Source: Deferribacterales bacterium
Lineage (GTDB): Bacteria; Chrysiogenota; Deferribacteres; Deferribacterales; Geovibrionaceae
NCBI GenBank assembly: GCA_050251875.1
Contig: JBFWMA010000001.1
Span: 218,456 to 282,455, forward strand
DNA: 64,000 nucleotides
Reading direction: 5' to 3'
Shown: in pieces, positions 61,728-64,000 of the stretch
Layout of the letters: each line of letters opens with the position of its first letter
Numbering within the stretch: position 1 is the first letter of the stretch
Made by a program: the position numbers and the translations under genes
The notes under the pieces: generated by a model
Databases searched by the model: none
Seen by the model: only the letters and a program-made list of their open reading frames with translations
Told to the model about the DNA's origin: nothing

Positions 61728-61753
61728 GCCCCGCTTATGCGGGGCTTTTTTTT
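61728..61753 (+). terminator. Intrinsic terminator after cysNC
   Basis: gccccgc-ttat-gcggggc followed by T8. Confidence 0.9.
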
Positions 61754-61826
61754 AGATAAAATTATTCGTCCATACATCAGCCTGTCTCTTATTTTATCCC
61801 CCAAAAAAACGTTCTAAGAAAAGTAT

Positions 61827-61859
61827 GATATTGACAATCAGTATCAATAGAGTTATACG
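61827..61859 (+). promoter_or_regulatory. Fur-box-like site overlapping a sigma70 promoter of the flavodoxin gene
   Basis: gatattgacaatcagtatc matches GATAATGATAATCATTATC at 16/19; TTGACA-N17-TATACG. Confidence 0.75.
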
Positions 61860-61888
61860 GGGATAGCATTACAAAAACGGAGGTATAC

Positions 61889-62410
61889 ATGGGCAGTATA
61901 GGATTATTTTACGGCTCCAGCGGCGGGGTGACGGAAGGCATAGCGCATAAAATAGCGGCGGCTCTGAACAGCAGAGGCTTTGTGGTGGATGTTATAAACG
62001 TGGCAAACACATCTTCAAAAGAGATGGAGAAATATGACAGGTTGATCATGGGAACATCCACATGGGGCATGGGCGATCTTCAGGACGACTGGGAAAACTT
62101 TCTGCCGGAGCTGGAACAGACGGATTTCAGCGGAAAGACAGTGTCCTTCTTCGGGACAGGCGATCAGGATACCTATTGTGATACGTTTCTGGACGGCATG
62201 GGCATCCTATATGAAAAGGTGCTGGACAGCAAGGTGACCGTTGTTGGGTCATGGTCTGTGGACGGGTATACTTTTTCTGAATCCAGAGCTGTGGTGGACG
62301 GTGAGTTCATTGGACTCGCTCTGGATGACGACACCCAGCCCCATCAGACCAATCCGCGAATAGCCGCATGGACCGAGCTGCTCACAGAGCAGTTCTCTTC
62401 TTCAGTCTGA
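61889..62410 (+). CDS. fldA: Long-chain flavodoxin
   Basis: GLFYGSSGGVTE, STWGMGDLQDDW, FGTGDQ, F.GLALD. Confidence 0.94.
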   Translation: MGSIGLFYGSSGGVTEGIAHKIAAALNSRGFVVDVINVANTSSKEMEKYDRLIMGTSTWGMGDLQDDWENFLPELEQTDFSGKTVSFFGTGDQDTYCDTFLDGMGILYEKVLDSKVTVVGSWSVDGYTFSESRAVVDGEFIGLALDDDTQPHQTNPRIAAWTELLTEQFSSSV

Positions 62411-62418
62411 GTTGTCTT

Positions 62419-62454
62419 CCCGCATCCGCTCTTTTTTTGCGGGTGCGGGCTTTT
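62419..62454 (+). terminator. Intrinsic terminator after the flavodoxin gene
   Basis: cccgcatccgc...gcgggtgcggg then ctttt. Confidence 0.75.
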
Positions 62455-62543
62455 ACTACATTTTACATCAGCGTGATATCTATCTGACAATATTTGTCTA
62501 ATCTATATCTCGCTATCATACAAAATGAGGATAGATGTTTTTT

Positions 62544-62687
62544 ATGGGAAAAATTATTAAGACACTCATGGTGAGGCTTATGCGCCTCAGTGTGAAAAGA
62601 AAAAAAAGAACCGGAAAAAACTTTGGGCGCACAGCCCGGACAAGACAGCCTGTGTGTCTTGTCCAGTATGTGCTGAAGAACGACTGA
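62544..62687 (+). CDS. Possible 47-aa basic small protein (not in the ORF track)
   Basis: MGKIIKTLMVRLMRLSVKRKKRTGKNFGRTARTRQPVCLVQYVLKND; GAGG upstream; stops 1 nt before the convergent gene. Confidence 0.35.
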   Translation: MGKIIKTLMVRLMRLSVKRKKRTGKNFGRTARTRQPVCLVQYVLKND

Positions 62688-62688
62688 T

Positions 62689-64000
62689 CTAGTAAATCTG
62701 TTTAGATACTCCGGTATCGCTGTTCTCTTCTATCTTCTCCAGAACGTTTTTCGGCGGGTTAACTGTAGCGTCCCTGCCGTATATGAAGGTCTGCTGCGCG
62801 GCTATCACTCTGTATGCTTTGTTCATTGTTAGAGCTCTTTCTCTGGACGGGAACAGCAGAACAGAGATATCTGACTGAAGTTTTTTGATCATTTCCGGTT
62901 TCAGCGAGCCGTCAGGGTTGAAGAATTTTTTCATCACTTCATCGTTGCCTCTGAACTCGTCTCCGGCGTGGTTTGTTTCCAGATAGAAGGCGTATTCGGC
63001 TTGGTCACCTGCGGTCTTATATCTCACCGTCTGGTCCTTCAGTCCTTTGAGTCCCTTCTGAGACCAGTGATTCCATCCGTATTCAATGCTGTTCCTGTCT
63101 CCGCCTTCCAGTTTTCTCTGATAGCTGAATACTGTGTCCGCCGTTGCGCCTATTCCTGTGTGGCATCCCATGCAGAAGAGGGTTTCTTCATCGCTCTGGG
63201 GTCTTAAATTACCGTCTCTGTCTTCAATAAACCCCTGATATATCCATCCGGAACCTGTCTGCATCCCGGCGTTTCCGTTTCCGGTGTATCTTGTCATCGC
63301 AATTTCTTTGGATATGAACAGGTCCTTCATTTCGCTGATGTATGACTCTTTCATCCGGGCATAGTCCATCCACTCGTCCTTCACGGCGTAGCGAACTTCT
63401 TTCATACGGGCAGACATGCGGGGCTGGTTCTTTTCGTCGTCCCAGTCCACATACCGCACTGTGTGCAGAAGCTCCGTGCCGACAGGCAGGAGTCCTCCGG
63501 CTATCTGCTCGCCTTCCGCCATTCCGGCGTAGCTCATGGGAGCTGTGGTCCATGTATACTTTATCATTTCGGCAGTGGTCAGCGATCCGTCACCGTCCAG
63601 ATCTTTTCCGGCTTTCCTTTCGTTTATGGGTTCAGAGGTTACTGACTTCTGCTTCAGCATACTTTCGGCTATCGCCAGATTCGCCTTATAGATATCTATG
63701 CTGAATCTGCCCTGTTTGTCCTTTCTGAATTTTTCAGGCAGCCGGATCAGCACATCATCGGTCGATCCGTTGGTAGGCCAGAACGTGCCTAGAAAAGGAT
63801 AGTATCTGAATGCTCGCCAGCCGGTATATGCGCCCGTTCTGTCTCTGTCGAACCCTTCATCGTCAAAATTCATATAGCAGTCAGGCACATAGCCTTCGAA
63901 ATTTTTAGGGAGGCTTTTCTGTAGGATGATGTTTCCGTCATTGTCCAGATAGTTGGATGTTCTGATATAGCTGAGTATCACGCTGTCGCTTATCTTCGCC
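62689..64000 (-). CDS. Hypothetical c-type cytochrome-like protein, 5' end outside window
   Basis: Frame is open to the window edge; CMGCH heme motif; GWRAFRYYPFLGTFWPTNGS segment. Confidence 0.7.
   Translation of the reverse strand, partial: AKISDSVILSYIRTSNYLDNDGNIILQKSLPKNFEGYVPDCYMNFDDEGFDRDRTGAYTGWRAFRYYPFLGTFWPTNGSTDDVLIRLPEKFRKDKQGRFSIDIYKANLAIAESMLKQKSVTSEPINERKAGKDLDGDGSLTTAEMIKYTWTTAPMSYAGMAEGEQIAGGLLPVGTELLHTVRYVDWDDEKNQPRMSARMKEVRYAVKDEWMDYARMKESYISEMKDLFISKEIAMTRYTGNGNAGMQTGSGWIYQGFIEDRDGNLRPQSDEETLFCMGCHTGIGATADTVFSYQRKLEGGDRNSIEYGWNHWSQKGLKGLKDQTVRYKTAGDQAEYAFYLETNHAGDEFRGNDEVMKKFFNPDGSLKPEMIKKLQSDISVLLFPSRERALTMNKAYRVIAAQQTFIYGRDATVNPPKNVLEKIEENSDTGVSKQIY

Noticed and set aside
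1..64000. tRNA, rRNA, IS elements, prophage genes, selenocysteine or frameshift recoding
   Set aside because: None were recognised by eye and the ORFs have expected lengths. tRNAscan-SE, Infernal and ISEScan would be needed to exclude them formally.

Overview
Bacterial chromosomal window from an apparent Gram-negative anaerobe; the gene style suggests Deferribacterota or a delta-proteobacterium-like lineage, which is a weak inference. It holds about 64 CDS and no recognisable rRNA, tRNA, CRISPR array, transposase or integrase. 1-4.1 kb: partial caspase-like protein and a housekeeping operon (YjbQ, DHH, EngB, PLD, cytochrome c, flavin reductase). 4.1-46.4 kb: a large surface-glycan region. It contains a polyprenyl-phospho-arabinofuranose module (UbiA-type PRPP transferase, GtrA, DprE1/DprE2-like, HAD phosphatase) next to two GT-C-like membrane proteins, one of which is bracketed by a decayed 58-bp direct repeat. 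It also has wecB-manB-manC, a Wzm/Wzt exporter, many glycosyltransferases, and adenylating, deacetylase, radical SAM and sulfotransferase-like tailoring enzymes. Donor pathways include gmd/rmd, an rml cluster lacking rmlB, glf, ugd and uxs. 46.5-64 kb: MCP with a Cys-rich insert, queH, DJ-1, CNNM, PPIase, tpx, rsgA with a structured leader, nikR, a five-gene ECF sigma cassette, SLC13-cysD-cysNC, a flavodoxin with a Fur-like box and a partial cytochrome c-like gene. The best candidates for new biology are the ECF cassette with two extracytoplasmic CBM48-like domains, a helical repeat shared by three glycan enzymes, and the non-canonical dTDP-sugar pathway. All family calls come from motif recognition by eye, not from database searches.
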